64,000 nt of DNA, taken from assembly GCA_044221725.1 (NCBI GenBank), contig JBGAON010000001.1, forward strand, positions 416,001 to 480,000, given 5' to 3'. The translations under genes were made by a program, and so were the position numbers. Shown one piece after another: positions 30,001 to 32,396 of the stretch (the first letter of the stretch is position 1; each line of letters begins with the position of its first letter). A model generated the notes under the pieces. The model saw only the letters and a list, made by a program, of their open reading frames with translations. It searched no databases and had not been told where the DNA came from. This DNA is from Elusimicrobiota bacterium (GTDB lineage Bacteria; Elusimicrobiota; Elusimicrobia; F11).

Positions 30001-32388
30001 GAAGGACAAATTCAACTTTCGTGGACCGCGCCGGATTCTGATTCCGGTGCCGAAATCGGAGTTGCCGCGACGACGTATCAAATCCGTTATTCAACGACCG
30101 GTATTGCAAATCTCGCAAACGACACGACCGCGTGGTGGAATCAGGCGGTGCCCGTCGCCGGTCCGACGCCGTCCAACCCGGGCTCGGCCGAAACACTGTT
30201 GCTGGCAATGCCGGATTACGGCGTCACGTACTACGTTGCAATTAAGAGCGTGGATTTCTCAGCGAACGTGTCGCCGATTGACGTGAAAGCGAACACGGGT
30301 CAGCAGGCGAACGCTGTTCCGTTGGATGCGGTGCCGCTGGCTGTTACGAATTTGCAAGCGGTGCCCGCCGCCACACAAGTAACACTCACATGGAACGCTA
30401 TCGCGATTTCGGACTTCTGGAAATATCAGTTGTACCGTTCGTCCATTTCGGCGGGTACGCTGACGCTGTTGACGGAATTCAACGCGTCGACGTTCACCTC
30501 GTATCTCGACGTCGGTTTGGATAACTCCGTTACGTATTACTACCAAATGGTCACGGTCGATAAAGGCGCGCCGACGTATCTCGGTGTGGCGCTAACGTCG
30601 GCCACCGCGGTGGTTCCTGCTTACACGAATCAGTTGGCGCCGAACGCACCGGTCATTTCGACGGATACGGTGGCACTCAACACGTTCTCAATTCGTTGGG
30701 CATGGACGGAAGTCACGCCACCGAGCGTCAACGGTTTCCGTCTCTATGTTTCGAGCGTCGACATCTCAGGGCCCATTTCGCCGACGGCCACAACGTACAC
30801 GGAGATTGGCTTGCTGCCGAACCAAGGCGTGACCGCGAACGTGGGCGCGTATAACAACACCGGCACGACGATTTCGAACCCGTTTACGCGCTACACGCTG
30901 GCCAATCAGCCACTAAATTCGGTTGTCACGGGCGTCAACGATTTTGCGATCAACGTTGATTGGACCGAAAACGGAAATACGGGGACGCCGATCTATCAGA
31001 TCGAATATGCGCTCGCGAACACGTTCGCCAATTCAACGACGGTTCAAGCGACGATTAGTGCGGCGACATTGTCGAATTTGGTGCCCGATACGCAATACTA
31101 TATTCGCATCCGCGCATTGAATGGCGATGGGATCGCGACGGCGTTTGACGTAACGTTATCGACGCGCACGGACAAGCGATACGATCGTCTTGCGCCCGCG
31201 CCGCCGGGCGGCGTGTGGGCAACGGTGCAGTCGGGTGCGGGTGCCACAACGAACGTTATGTTCACGTGGGATCCCGTGACCAACAATTCCGACGGCAGTC
31301 GTACCACGGACTTGGCGGGTTATATCGTGTACACATACAACTCGGTCGCGATGCCGGAGGACGATTGGAACGGAACGATCATCACGTCCTCGTTCACGAC
31401 GCTGGCCGTGCCGACGAATTCAAAGACCTATGTGGCCGTGCGCGCCGTTGATACATCGGGGAATCAATCGGTTACCTCGAACATCATTTCAGTGCCGGAC
31501 CTGAAATATATTTCGCTTGCTGACGACCGCGTGAGCTGGTACGAATACTCACCGTCGATGGCCAGAGAAATGCGCGCCCAGTGGACCGCCAACAAAGGCG
31601 TGTCCTACGTGATCTTGGGTCATGAAATAATCGAGAACTACGCGAATGGCAAAGTGGTGAAGTCGGTCCGATTCCGCGCTTACCGTGGCGACACGGTTAC
31701 ATCGGTGACCGATCGTGTCTTCGAAGAGGCCAACGGGTCCGTGAATCTTGTGTACACGGTTGCCAATGGCGAGGTTCTGCAAGGAAGTCCGGAGCGGAAG
31801 TCTTACTTTGAAAGCGTGTTGGGGGGCAGTGGCTCAAGAATGCGAAGTGCGAGCGTGACGTCGAGCGGCCTGACGCGCAAATCGGAAATCGTGAACACGT
31901 CGGGCGTTCTTGACCGCATCGGCACCGCCGTGTTGCCAAACACGAACCTCGATAAGAAATTGTCGATCTTCTGGAACAACGGCGCCGCGTGGGTGAAGAC
32001 CGGCGGCCGCGTCGACTCTGGAAACCAAGTGGTCACCATCCAAACCGCACGTCTCGGCTCGTATCAATTGCGTCAAGCGTCGCAGCTCGGTGATGTGTCG
32101 CTCGTGCAAGTGTATCCGCGAATCATTACGCCGAACGGTGATGGTGCGAACGATGTGGTGATCTTCCAGTTCGGTGAAGCGAACATGACGGGCAAAACGA
32201 TCACCGGCGAAATATTTGATTTGAGCAGCGCGAAAGTTGGCCATTTGTCGCCCGGTCCGGATCCGGCGAACACGCTTATGTGGGATGGCAAATCCGAAAG
32301 TGGCGACGTTGTGCCGGCTGGAATTTATATTTATCAAATCACTGTTGACGGAACGACCATCAACGGTACGGTTGTCGTCGCGCGCTAA
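1..32388 (+). CDS. Giant secreted surface protein/adhesin (>10,770 aa, 5'-partial): LamG, beta-helix modules, 2 FG-GAP propellers, ~60+ FN3 domains, T9SS type-B/CHU_C-like C-terminal domain
   Basis: Frame 1 is open from base 1 (WIFPDRKIAFYPPG...MNEW), so the true start is upstream of the window. Motifs: WHHFAATYDG/LVGYWKLDE (LamG), GD(Y/F)DNDGDLD x14 (FG-GAP), L.PNT.YY.QV.A.N (FN3), C-terminal YPRIITPNGDGAND...WDGK...GIYIYQI...GTVVVAR. Confidence 0.93.
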   Translation, partial: WIFPDRKIAFYPPGTEPNTAFPMNEWHHFAATYDGNTMQYYYDGQPDGSYVHGAGALLPLPLSPPVQIGAECNVGAFLGLMDEMRMYHVTLSSAQILALRTNKWSGLLSTDFSTASNWGGDNYPDNYRVAPGRWADVWIATATNIPQLSSATTNRGLIIERNAELKLNGYNITISSQVVSSGTLTLNGNETVTFPSNANYTSSGTWQYVGGASYTVKDWGVNDYYKLVFNGTGTFTLGGNLTVLNNLVITQGTLDLNGFNLTVNGNFSNSGNLKLKGHETVTIGGSTTSVSGSSVTYTGGSAVTLKRWPYQSLVISGTGTFNQGEVKTIYENFQISTGIYKTQSFDLTISTGLVQSNGLIQFGTSVVTLGGDLSISGGTFDSGFSTMQFTSGLAQNLSPNATNFYNILINKTGGSVSLNSALDITGNWTNTSNTSFASGNSTITFRNSGVQKISGNTTFYAMRAITANATVQFAAGSTQYALNMVEFRNVGLLSPTNGATWYFSYKGSSQTLTSLRVRDSNATINNGTTMYANDGTSIDLGNNTNWVFTDITPPSAVSDLVGVAGVGNDVQLRWSAPGDDANSGALSPGTFRIFYSSVSGDLSGLTVNSSTTATRSKLDISTTSVNPGSVQTRTITGLLNLTSYYFAIFTADEIPNWSGVSAAATSYTETWFDSSPLEIDGANGGLVQGRVAFGDYDNDGDLDILVNGKDSSNNPQLRIYKNNGNGTYDTTQIEVDSASGGSYLGDIAWGDADNDGDLDIFETGTSTDSTFVLRVYKNNGDGSYNPTQIEVGPAVNYGLRNGGLSLGDFDNDGYLDILVNGDNYTVIGQLKVYKNNGDGTFSSTAIEAPGSAGLGLTYGRVQWGDYNNDGFLDILVSGYDAGFAKQLRVYKNNGDGTFASAIDIDGSGGGLYNSDVAWGDFDNDGDLDILSSGYDSSNQKQIRVYKNNGNGTFDSSQIEVAGANNGIASSVAWGDFDNDGYLDVLVSGSDGTNNQLRAYRNNGDGTFNSTALEIAGINNGVSSGSAVFGDYDNDGDLDILASGVTTGTNYQLRIYKNRLGSVLPNVAPTAPTSLVVSSGTAGYQFKWAAGTDQSFSANSLTYNLRVSTMSQSSSTVSGVYASPLLGNYYRPMLSSSQLGMSLRLAANTTYYWSVQTIDAQLGKSAYATEVSTFIAVTLPNVITDLMATSGSQVTLTWSTPFPLPNSYLIRYSTTGPIVSSTDFSTATALGANGITPVPAPQPYGLHTLVVTGLIPDTTYWWVIKSSNAAGTTAVDTSSPRPFAIAGPFSGYQIEVDGLNGGLSSARMTWGDIDNDGDLDLVAMGYGSTSPQLRVYKNNGNGTFDSSQIEVDGLGGGLQAGSVTLGDFDNDGDLDILATGADANGKGQTRVYKNNGDGTFDTSQIEVQGIDAGLYNGSVQWGDFDNDGDLDILAVGVSTSSVRQLRVFKNNGDGSINSVGIDLANANDSLSLADAKWADVDSDGDLDVIATGIDKSSQFRFRVYWNNGDGTFNATPTDIESGANSGYYQGQLEIADVDNDGDLDILVVGNNQWAQPSLSLYKNNGDGTFDTNQIDIDGVSGGLTISSVALGDFDNDGDLDILETGYYATTYQFRVYKNNGNGTFDPTQIEIDGLNNGLYNGGVAWADFDNDGDLDIGMVGQGGYGYGQLRVYSNLENLKANTNTAPSAPSGLASTFQYGVSRSTLTFNWASNTAYDTGMSSNSVYFNVWMGTNTLAASPPAGYDKTIIAPRQGSPFFGNYLRAANKVWPGSGSRQYGVYYTTTPNISSNALKTDTSYYWRVQTIDAGLKESAWTSQQTLRTDVAPNAVTDLAALLTGTTYSINLTWSAPGDDQDQGTLNSAAFRIFYSTVVTDMAGLTATSAATATLARISVSTSSVNPGSSQAYALTGLAAGSQYYIRVFTGDEVPNWASISNGATQYTGTPITGDRYWIGSAAGNWSDATRWSTSSGGAASGGVPLSTHSVVFDGVNNSTGNCTIDLAVSVSTLSISGYSGTVNAGTNTVTVTNLFALDTGAFTAPSNSLQVGQFSHTGGTFAANNGTVMLAGSAQASLVTSGGTSFNNLTINNGITGSTQTLMGNLDVNGDLVINSGVLDPAGYTINVASSFYNNGGRFVNSGSIVFDGTSGAQTILSAQQPFNNLTINGSGATWSLGDNLYSSGTITLTAGTLDVGQSTWNINAVSWTDTGSASFTRRTSTVTVTGSGTINSNDAFHNVVINSAGTPTISNLLTVSGDWNKMSATLTTTGSTVVFTGSGVQKLTGDTTFYGLRALTSNATLQFTVGSTQYVTNMLEWRNVGLLSTGASGTTWYFSYRGSSQTLTNLRVRDSNAGASGGSIMYAGDGSSTNLGNNTNWSFIPLISGDRYWIAAGAGNWSDPNNWSTTSGGAASGGVPIATHSVVFDGGSGSKNGACTIDLAVSVASVTIYGYTNTVNAGTNTITLSGNFNLLSGAFTAPSTLLKVARDFTHTAGTFNHNNGVVMLSSAGVQRTLNVSGGTVFNNLTLNDSLVGYWKLDETSGSTAYDSSGYQSAGSYVSSPVASTTTATTSARFTSERSVDFSGGSAYIDLGHPSALNLTSAFTLSAWVYAYSSPAGVGIISEYYSGDPVQYELGVGMDEGGGGSAKLKVGFYTGATWALAADTVDIAVGQWVHAAGTWDGTTLRIYKNGTEVGNGTPGLSPVADGDPIFIGRRHDVAGSVNYFPGLIDEVRIYNRALSATEVGALTLNRPAVMTSTTTLSGNLDVNGNLTLYSGTLDVSGSNYQVNVASNFYNSGGNFVPQAGTIVFDGTSGTQNILTAQRPFNNVTVTGNGATYQLYDPFYSSGTVTLSAGTLDVSTRTWPLNVTSWTDTGSASFTRRTSTVTVTGSGTINSNDAFHNVIINSAGTPTISNTLTVSGDWTNTSSAITTTGSTVTFNASGVQKISGSTTFYAIRAITPNATVQFAVGSTQYITNAVEFRNVGLQSPTNGATWYFTYHGSSQTLTNLRVRDSNASPNQGTAMNAYDGTSTNLGNNTNWNFTPLDTGFRYWIPSAAGNWSAASNWSTVSGGVAYGGVPLSTHTVVFDGVNNSTGNCTINLVVSVASMTINGYSGTVNAGTNTVTVANAFTLASGVFTAPSTWLRVGGNFSHTGGTFNSSNGNVIFNGAGAGAIDASAGTSFNNVTINDGLVGYWKLDETSGTTASDSSGYGVDGTYGGSPASSTTVPTVFFSNPRSVSFDGASTIDVPKVAAKVASGSVSISAWILLRSAYTAGGGDRVIFSVSDATSSNDLLLGFANGTGRLTYNVYDGGSYQTAASDGTTSWSAGIWFHVVGVYNAASGLVTLYLNGTPYATTGSCPSRGTTASLDADIGSQQNSFGLFNGLIDDVRVYDRVLAPSEITALAAGRQPATFVSTKTLTTALDVNGDLALNAGNLDVGSSYQINVASSWYNNGGVFTPRSGGVVFDGTSGNQNILSGQQPFNDVTINGSAATWSLNDALYSSGTVTLTAGTFDVSTSTWPLAVTSWTDTGSATFTRRTSTITFAGAGTINSNDAFHNVIINSAGTPTISNTLTVSGDWTKTSAALTTTGSTITFNASGVQKISGNTTFYALRAITPNATVQFAVGSTQYITNAVEFRNVGLQSPTNGATWYFTYHGSSQTLVNLRVRDSNASLSQGTQMDASDGTSTDLGNNTNWNFANAPTNHQFVSVYVSSITTQWTLASGAQGYELDASTGSFPNSFAGNKSSSTVGSVNSLAVLSLSANTTYFLQVGSVFFGTTYYGATQISTATLASIPATAASTWTAVNYTSITVTWTQGLNPSSITQYFVQLSTVSSFTGANDKSAYTYSLSNAFTGLVPNTAYFAQVRAINHYGIATSVLSLGSTTTISVPAPAGLAFSTASATTLTGTWTPLSFTADFYNLRVSTDSGFTGTITSSATVFPPTSVTTPALSVNTTYYGQVNAVVNGSTGAWSANVTTATLASIPATAASTWTAVNYTSITVTWTQGLNPSSITEYYVQLSTVSSFTGASDMSAYTYSLSNAFTGLVPNTAYYAQVRAINHYGIATNVLSLGSTTTISVPAPTGLTFSTASATTLTGTWTPLSFTADFYNLRVSTDSGFTGTITSSATVLPPTSATTPALSVNTTYYGQVNAVVNGSTGAWSTNVTTATLASIPVTAASTWSAVNFTSFTVTWTQGLNPSSVTKYVIQISTVGSFTGVNDQSIATYSLNQVFTGLIPNTQYFAQVKAVNHYGIPTNYQSLGSTTTLGTPAPTGLMFSTASATTLTGTWTPLGSGADFYNLRVSTDSNFTGTVSSSATVLPPTSVTTPALSVNTTYYGQVNAVVNGSTGAWSANVTTATLASIPATAASTWTAVNYTSITVAWTQGLNPSSVTEYQVQLSTVSSFTGANDQNIYTYGLSGAFTGLIPNTAYFAQVRAINHYGIPTNYLSLGSTSTLSTLTPTGLTFSTASATTLTGTWTPITPAADFYTLRVSTASNFTGVITSSASVLPPTTASLPALSVNTTYYGQVNAVLNGSTGSWSTNVTTATLANQPATATNSWTMIALTSVTVTWTENGNPVNVTEYEIELSTVSTFIGASDITHFVYSTTDTFTSLNPTSTYYAQVRAINHYGIATNFTDLGSTMTLVAPIPTNLAISSAAINSLTATWSASNPPAETYLLEMSTSSTDFANKSSSATVGVTATIGSLGVNTTYYARVASVIAGSTYPYSPFISSATLASIPVTAASTWTAVNYTSITVTWTQGLNPSSMTEYVVQLSTTNNFSGANDQTVVTYGLSNAFTGLVPNTAYYAQVKAVNHSGIATLFLNLGSTTTLATPVPTGLTFSTASATTLTGTWTPIAVTADFYTLQVSTDTNFTGAITSSSTVLPPTTAATPALNVNTTYYGRVNAVVNGSTGSWTTNVTTATLASIPATAASTWTAVNFTSITVTWTQGLNPSAVTEYQVQLSTVSSFTGANDRATYTYSLSAAFTSLVPNTAYYVQVRAINHYGIATSVLSLGSTTTISVPAPAGLTFSTASATTLTGTWTPLSFTADFYNLRVSTDAGFTGTITSSAAVLPPTSVTTPALSVNTTYYGQVNAVVNGSTGAWSTNVTTATLASIPATAASTWTAVNFTSITVTWTQGLNPSAVTEYQVQLSTVSSFTGADDRAAYTYSLSNAFTGLVPNTAYYAQVRAINHSGIQTNFTNLGSTTTKATPVPTNLAFSTASATTLTATWNAISPTADFYNLRVSTDSGFTGTITSSATVLPPTSATTPALFVNTTYYAQVNAVVSGSTSAWSANVTTATLANQPASAVSTFTSINITSITVTWIENGNPVTVTEYEIRLSTDSGFGGASDITHFVYSTTDTFTNLIPFTNYYAQVRAINHYGIPTNFAALGSTTTKASPVPTNLSFSTASATTLTGTWTAVSPAADFYNLQVSTDSNFTGSITSSATVLPPTTATTPALNVNTTYYGRVNAVVNGSTGAWSANVTTATLASIPVTAASTWTAVNYTSVTVAWTQGLNPNSVTEYVVQLSTVSSFTGANDQSVHTYGLSNAFTGLVPNTAYYARVKAVNHSGTPTNYLSLGTTTTLAVPIPTGLVFSTASITTLTGTWAPVAVTADFYMLQVSTDTNFTGTITSSVTVLPPTTATTPALSVNTTYYGRVNAVVSGSTGSWSTNVTTATLASVPATAASTWTAVNTTSITVTWTQGLNPSAVTEYLVQLSTVNSFTGVNDQAAYTYSLSNAFTALVPNTAYYVQVRAINHYGVESSVLSLGSTTTISVPAPTGLTFSTASATTLTGTWTPLPFAADVYNLRVSTDAGFGGTVTSSATVLPPTNITTPPLSVNTTYYGQVNAVVNGSTGPWSTNVTTATLANQPASAVSTFTSINITSITVTWLENGNPVNVTKYEIELSTASNFTGASDIAHVVYSTTDTFTSLIPFTNYYAQVRAINHYGIETNFTNLGSTTTKAAPVPTNLVFSTASATTLTGTWTAISPDADFYTLQVSTALNFTGAITSSITVLPPTTAATPALSVNTTYYGRVNAVVNGSTGAWSTNVTTATLANQPATAASTWTAINITSITVTWTENGNPINVTRYEVELSTASNFTGANDVTHFVYSTTDTFTNLIPFTNYYAQARAINHYGIETNFTNLGSTTTSATPVPTNLTFSTASATTLTGTWTAISPAADFYTLQVSTAANFTGAITSSSTVLPPTTVNAPALSVNTTYYGRVNAVVNGSTGAWSANVTTATLASQPLVAPSSWLSVNVTSVTVTWLENGNPAGVTRYEIELSTDTAFGGSNDTTHFVYATTDTFVSLDPAATYYAHVRAINHYGIPTNFTNLGSTVMLTAPVPYNLVFTSASINSLTAQWIDSTPAGENYLLEVSTSSSDFANKSSAVTAGATGTIGSLNVNTTYYGRVATIIAGSTYPYSSLASTATLANIPVTAVSTWTAVNYTSITVAWTQGINPSAITEYVVRLSTVSNFSGANDQTASTYGLSNSFTNLIPNTSYYAQVKAVNHAGISTFFLNLGSTATLATPVPTNLAFSSAALTTLTGTWTPISPAADFYNLQVSTDANFTGTVTSSSTVLPPATATTPALSVNTTYYGRVNAVLSGSTSTWSANVTTATLASVPVSAASTWTAVNVTSITVAWMQGLNPSAITAYVVQLSTASDFSGANDDTASTYALNYSFTGLVPATTYYAQVKAVNHYGIPTSYLNLGSTVTQTASFPTNLVFSSASLTTLTATWDTISPAADFYNLEVSTDANFNGTVTSSATVLPPTTGTAPALSVNTTYYGHVNAVVNGSTGPWSAYVTTATLASIPASVASTWTAVNITSLTVVWTQGLNPSAVTQYVVQLSTAADFSGANDQSARTYGLNSSFTGLVPNTAYYAQVKAVNHYGIETNYLSLGSTTTQTTPVPTGLAFSTASATTLTGTWTAISPAADFYTLQVSTDINFTGAITSSATVLPPTTVTTPALSVNTTYYGRVNAVLSGSTGPWSANVTTATLASIPASAASTWTAVNITSLTVAWTQGLNPSAVTQYVVQLSTAVDFSGANDQTARTYGLNNSFAGLVPNTAYYAQVKAVNHYGIETNYLNLGSTITQTTPVPTGLAFSTASATTLTGTWTAISPAADFYTLQVSTDVNFTGTISSSSTVLPPTTITTPALSVNTTYYGRVNAVVSGSTGPWSANVTTATLANQPAAPSNAWLEVQLTSVTVTWFENNNPLNVTEYEIVVSTDSSFTGTGDIHHRVYQTTNTFTGLATDTTYYAQVRAINHYGIPTNFTNLGSTFTLASPSPTALRVTTASVTSLTTQWNASTPPGQMYILEYSTSSLDFANKVSSVTAALFATIDSLEVNTTYYVRAASVIDGSTYAYSSTISSATLADTPQTLASTWTAVEFTSITVSWSQGLNPNAVTLYVVQLSTSVNFTGSSDQQSATYATSADFAGLAPNTTYYAQVKAVNHSGISSNYLVLGSTLTKATPIPQNLRVTGTTINSIAAAWDATLPPADSYTLQIATSTDFTTITDSSITANSFATIGSLNVNSTYYARVNATINTTASAWSASVTTATLASIPATVASTWTAVEYTSMTVNWSRGLNPAAITKYVVQLSTANDFSGSSDQVAATYSVSFNFTGLVPATTYYAQVEAINHYGIPTAFLNLGSTVTKTTPRPTNLVFTAASITTLTGDWTPTLPNADSYTLQVSTDSNFDGIVTSSTTEIPPATVGLVAPLSVNTTYYGRVNGTINGQPGAWSIFATTATLADIPATVASTWTAVAYTSMTVNWSRGLNPVSITEYIVQLSTANDFTGANDQAVATYSVFANFAGLVPGTTYYSQVKAVNHSGIPTNYLVLGSTATKGTPTPQNLRVTGATLNSIDAAWNTTSPIADSYTLQIATSTDFTTITDSSITANSFATVGSLNVNNTYYARVNATINNGPSAWSTTVTTATLASIPVTVASTWTAVEYTSVTINWARGLNPSSITEYVVQLSTDSSFTGTNDQTQVTYNLFADFTGLVPATTYYAQVRAINHYGIPTSFLNLGSTVTKTTPIPTNLVFTTASITTLTADWSTTLPAADVYTVHVSTDQNFTGTITSSTSVVPPVTLGMAVPLSVNTTYYGRVNGTISGRAGAWTTNVTTATLADTPGSVVSTWTAVNATLITVNWDRGLNPVGVTLYNVYMSTASDFTGTSDKVQSTRNLSTTFSALVPNTTYFAQVQAVNHSGIPTAFLSLGSTVTAGADAPANLRITNASIASLTATWDQNSPVAENYTLEVSTAIDFTGTITSSRTVLPPATALAPALSVNTTYYGRVNAVVLGSTSPWSTTVTTATLASIPVTVASTWTAVEYTSVTVNWSRGLNPASITEYVVQLSTDSSFTGTNDQTQVTYNVFADFTGLVPATTYYAQVQAINHYGIPTSFLNLGSTATKTTPMPTNLVFTTASITTLTADWSTTLPAADLYTVHVSTDQNFTGTITSSASVLPPVTLGLAVPLSVNTTYYGRVNGTIGGHASAWTANVTTATLADAPVSVASTWTAVEYTSMTVNWSRGLNPVSITEYIVQLSTANDFTGANDQAVATYSVFANFAGLVPGTTYYSQVKAVNHSGIPTNYLVLGSTATKGTPTPQNLRVTGATLNSIDAAWNTTSPIADSYTLQIATSTDFTTITDSSITANSFATVGSLNVNNTYYARVNATINNGPSAWSTTVTTATLASIPVTVASTWTAVEYTSVTINWARGLNPSSITEYVVQLSTDSSFTGTNDQTQVTYNLFADFTGLVPATTYYAQVRAINHYGIPTSFLNLGSTVTKTTPIPTNLVFTTASITTLTADWSTTLPAADVYTVHVSTDQNFTGTITSSTSVVPPVTLGMAVPLSVNTTYYGRVNGTISGRAGAWTANVTTATLASMPVTAVSTWTAVDFTSITVAWTQGLNPSSVTRYVVQLSTVSSFTGSADQTIGTNGLSASFTGLVPFTTYFAQVEAINHSGIPTSFLSLGSTVTKVTSTPTNLVFSAAATTNLTASWNTISPAADNYTLEVSTDPNFTGIVTSSSSVLPPAMAGTILPLSVNTTYYGRVNATLYGVDSFWSANVTTATLASVPVSAASTWTAVAMTSFTVAWSNGLNPSSITKYLIQLSTASDFSGANDKSSVTYNLFAGFTGLVPDTTYYAQAKAINHYGISTLYAVLGSTKTNAVDAPTNLVFSSAATTSLKATWNTVNPAADFYRLQVSTASDFTGTIMSSVTVLPPTAATTPALTPNTTYYGRVNADVAGSTTAWSVAATTATLANPPLSVVSTWTAVLYTSATVQWSANNNPSSVTLYEVQLGTVSNFSGVPQSTFTYNTSTSFSGLLPGSTYFAQVRAINHSGIPTFWTNLGSTTTLIAVGFTRTWLGTSPDWYVATNWSPTGYPQPLDSIVIPVTANDPVLSGTSSVVNVTMNSGSSLYIYGATFTVTGSVNSNGTLVLSSTEVLTLPGNVWDVNSGTISYEGSGAFTGLTAGNTYNNLRFNNAGGTWTLNNNLTVNNDLLIDAGDLNASTIAVQVTRNMTRTGGSFTAGTSTVTLAGNGSVNGFTVASAFANLDLAPAALTTTLASDIDVTGRLTFSGGFVSQSGARELALTSGLANPISIAPNTVMNFSTLSWTTSNTAVSLPSFSGYPALNLKSDVVGQASLFTLAGNVTASTITIFSVAGATQTTVDVAGYQLAMARLQLGLSTTTMSAGMLAVGNGNLATTGDVFFANGASILDLGTSTGTRIGGDFLYTGSTGTFRAGASTMTFSGTANQRVDSKGFNFATLYSQNISSSGVTFVSSFNAVNFGVTGLSSSATVYFTSLTTATITGRMNVSGSAGKYVVLRSTAAGVQSHLVVSTNAFSVSFVDVKDSNASGGAQIVAYNSVDSGNNTNWDFAAPAVSTLTATAGPAVRAVTLTWAAPADDGATGQPLNGAYYIQYSTNASVTWSTAAAQIVIATSGVTPGVTVSTTVSQLLLGVTYYFRWNSVDDVSRWSGYSNIAQIKLNDTYSPNAITDLVASSTTTEGQIQLSWTAPDSDSGAEIGVAATTYQIRYSTTGIANLANDTTAWWNQAVPVAGPTPSNPGSAETLLLAMPDYGVTYYVAIKSVDFSANVSPIDVKANTGQQANAVPLDAVPLAVTNLQAVPAATQVTLTWNAIAISDFWKYQLYRSSISAGTLTLLTEFNASTFTSYLDVGLDNSVTYYYQMVTVDKGAPTYLGVALTSATAVVPAYTNQLAPNAPVISTDTVALNTFSIRWAWTEVTPPSVNGFRLYVSSVDISGPISPTATTYTEIGLLPNQGVTANVGAYNNTGTTISNPFTRYTLANQPLNSVVTGVNDFAINVDWTENGNTGTPIYQIEYALANTFANSTTVQATISAATLSNLVPDTQYYIRIRALNGDGIATAFDVTLSTRTDKRYDRLAPAPPGGVWATVQSGAGATTNVMFTWDPVTNNSDGSRTTDLAGYIVYTYNSVAMPEDDWNGTIITSSFTTLAVPTNSKTYVAVRAVDTSGNQSVTSNIISVPDLKYISLADDRVSWYEYSPSMAREMRAQWTANKGVSYVILGHEIIENYANGKVVKSVRFRAYRGDTVTSVTDRVFEEANGSVNLVYTVANGEVLQGSPERKSYFESVLGGSGSRMRSASVTSSGLTRKSEIVNTSGVLDRIGTAVLPNTNLDKKLSIFWNNGAAWVKTGGRVDSGNQVVTIQTARLGSYQLRQASQLGDVSLVQVYPRIITPNGDGANDVVIFQFGEANMTGKTITGEIFDLSSAKVGHLSPGPDPANTLMWDGKSESGDVVPAGIYIYQITVDGTTINGTVVVAR
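2050..3170 (+). repeat. FG-GAP/VCBS 7-blade beta-propeller #1 (Ca-binding DxDxDG repeats) within the giant gene
   Basis: Seven GDxDNDGxLD repeats at ~165-bp spacing. Confidence 0.88.
3870..5030 (+). repeat. FG-GAP/VCBS 7-blade beta-propeller #2 within the giant gene
   Basis: Seven (G/A)DxD(N/S)DGDLD repeats. Confidence 0.88.
5830..11065 (+). repeat. Three homologous beta-helix-like modules (RYWI...GNNTNW.F); modules 2 and 3 carry an inserted LamG domain
   Basis: Repeated RYWI/STHSVVFDG/WTDTGSASFTRRTST/LRVRDSNA/GNNTNW motifs, with modules starting near 5830, 7130 and 9110. Confidence 0.8.
11335..28050 (+). repeat. Tandem array of ~30 two-FN3 units, period ~567 bp (189 aa; some units 561 or 570 bp)
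   Basis: ATLASIP.TAASTWTAVN recurs at ~567-bp intervals; shadow ORFs repeat at offsets of 567 and 2268. Confidence 0.9.
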
Positions 32389-32396
32389 TTTCCGTC

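Noticed and set aside
86..32337. Many alternative-frame and antisense ORFs inside the giant gene (up to 491 aa)
   Set aside because: They are shadows of biased codon usage and recur with the 567-bp repeat period; no recognisable motifs.
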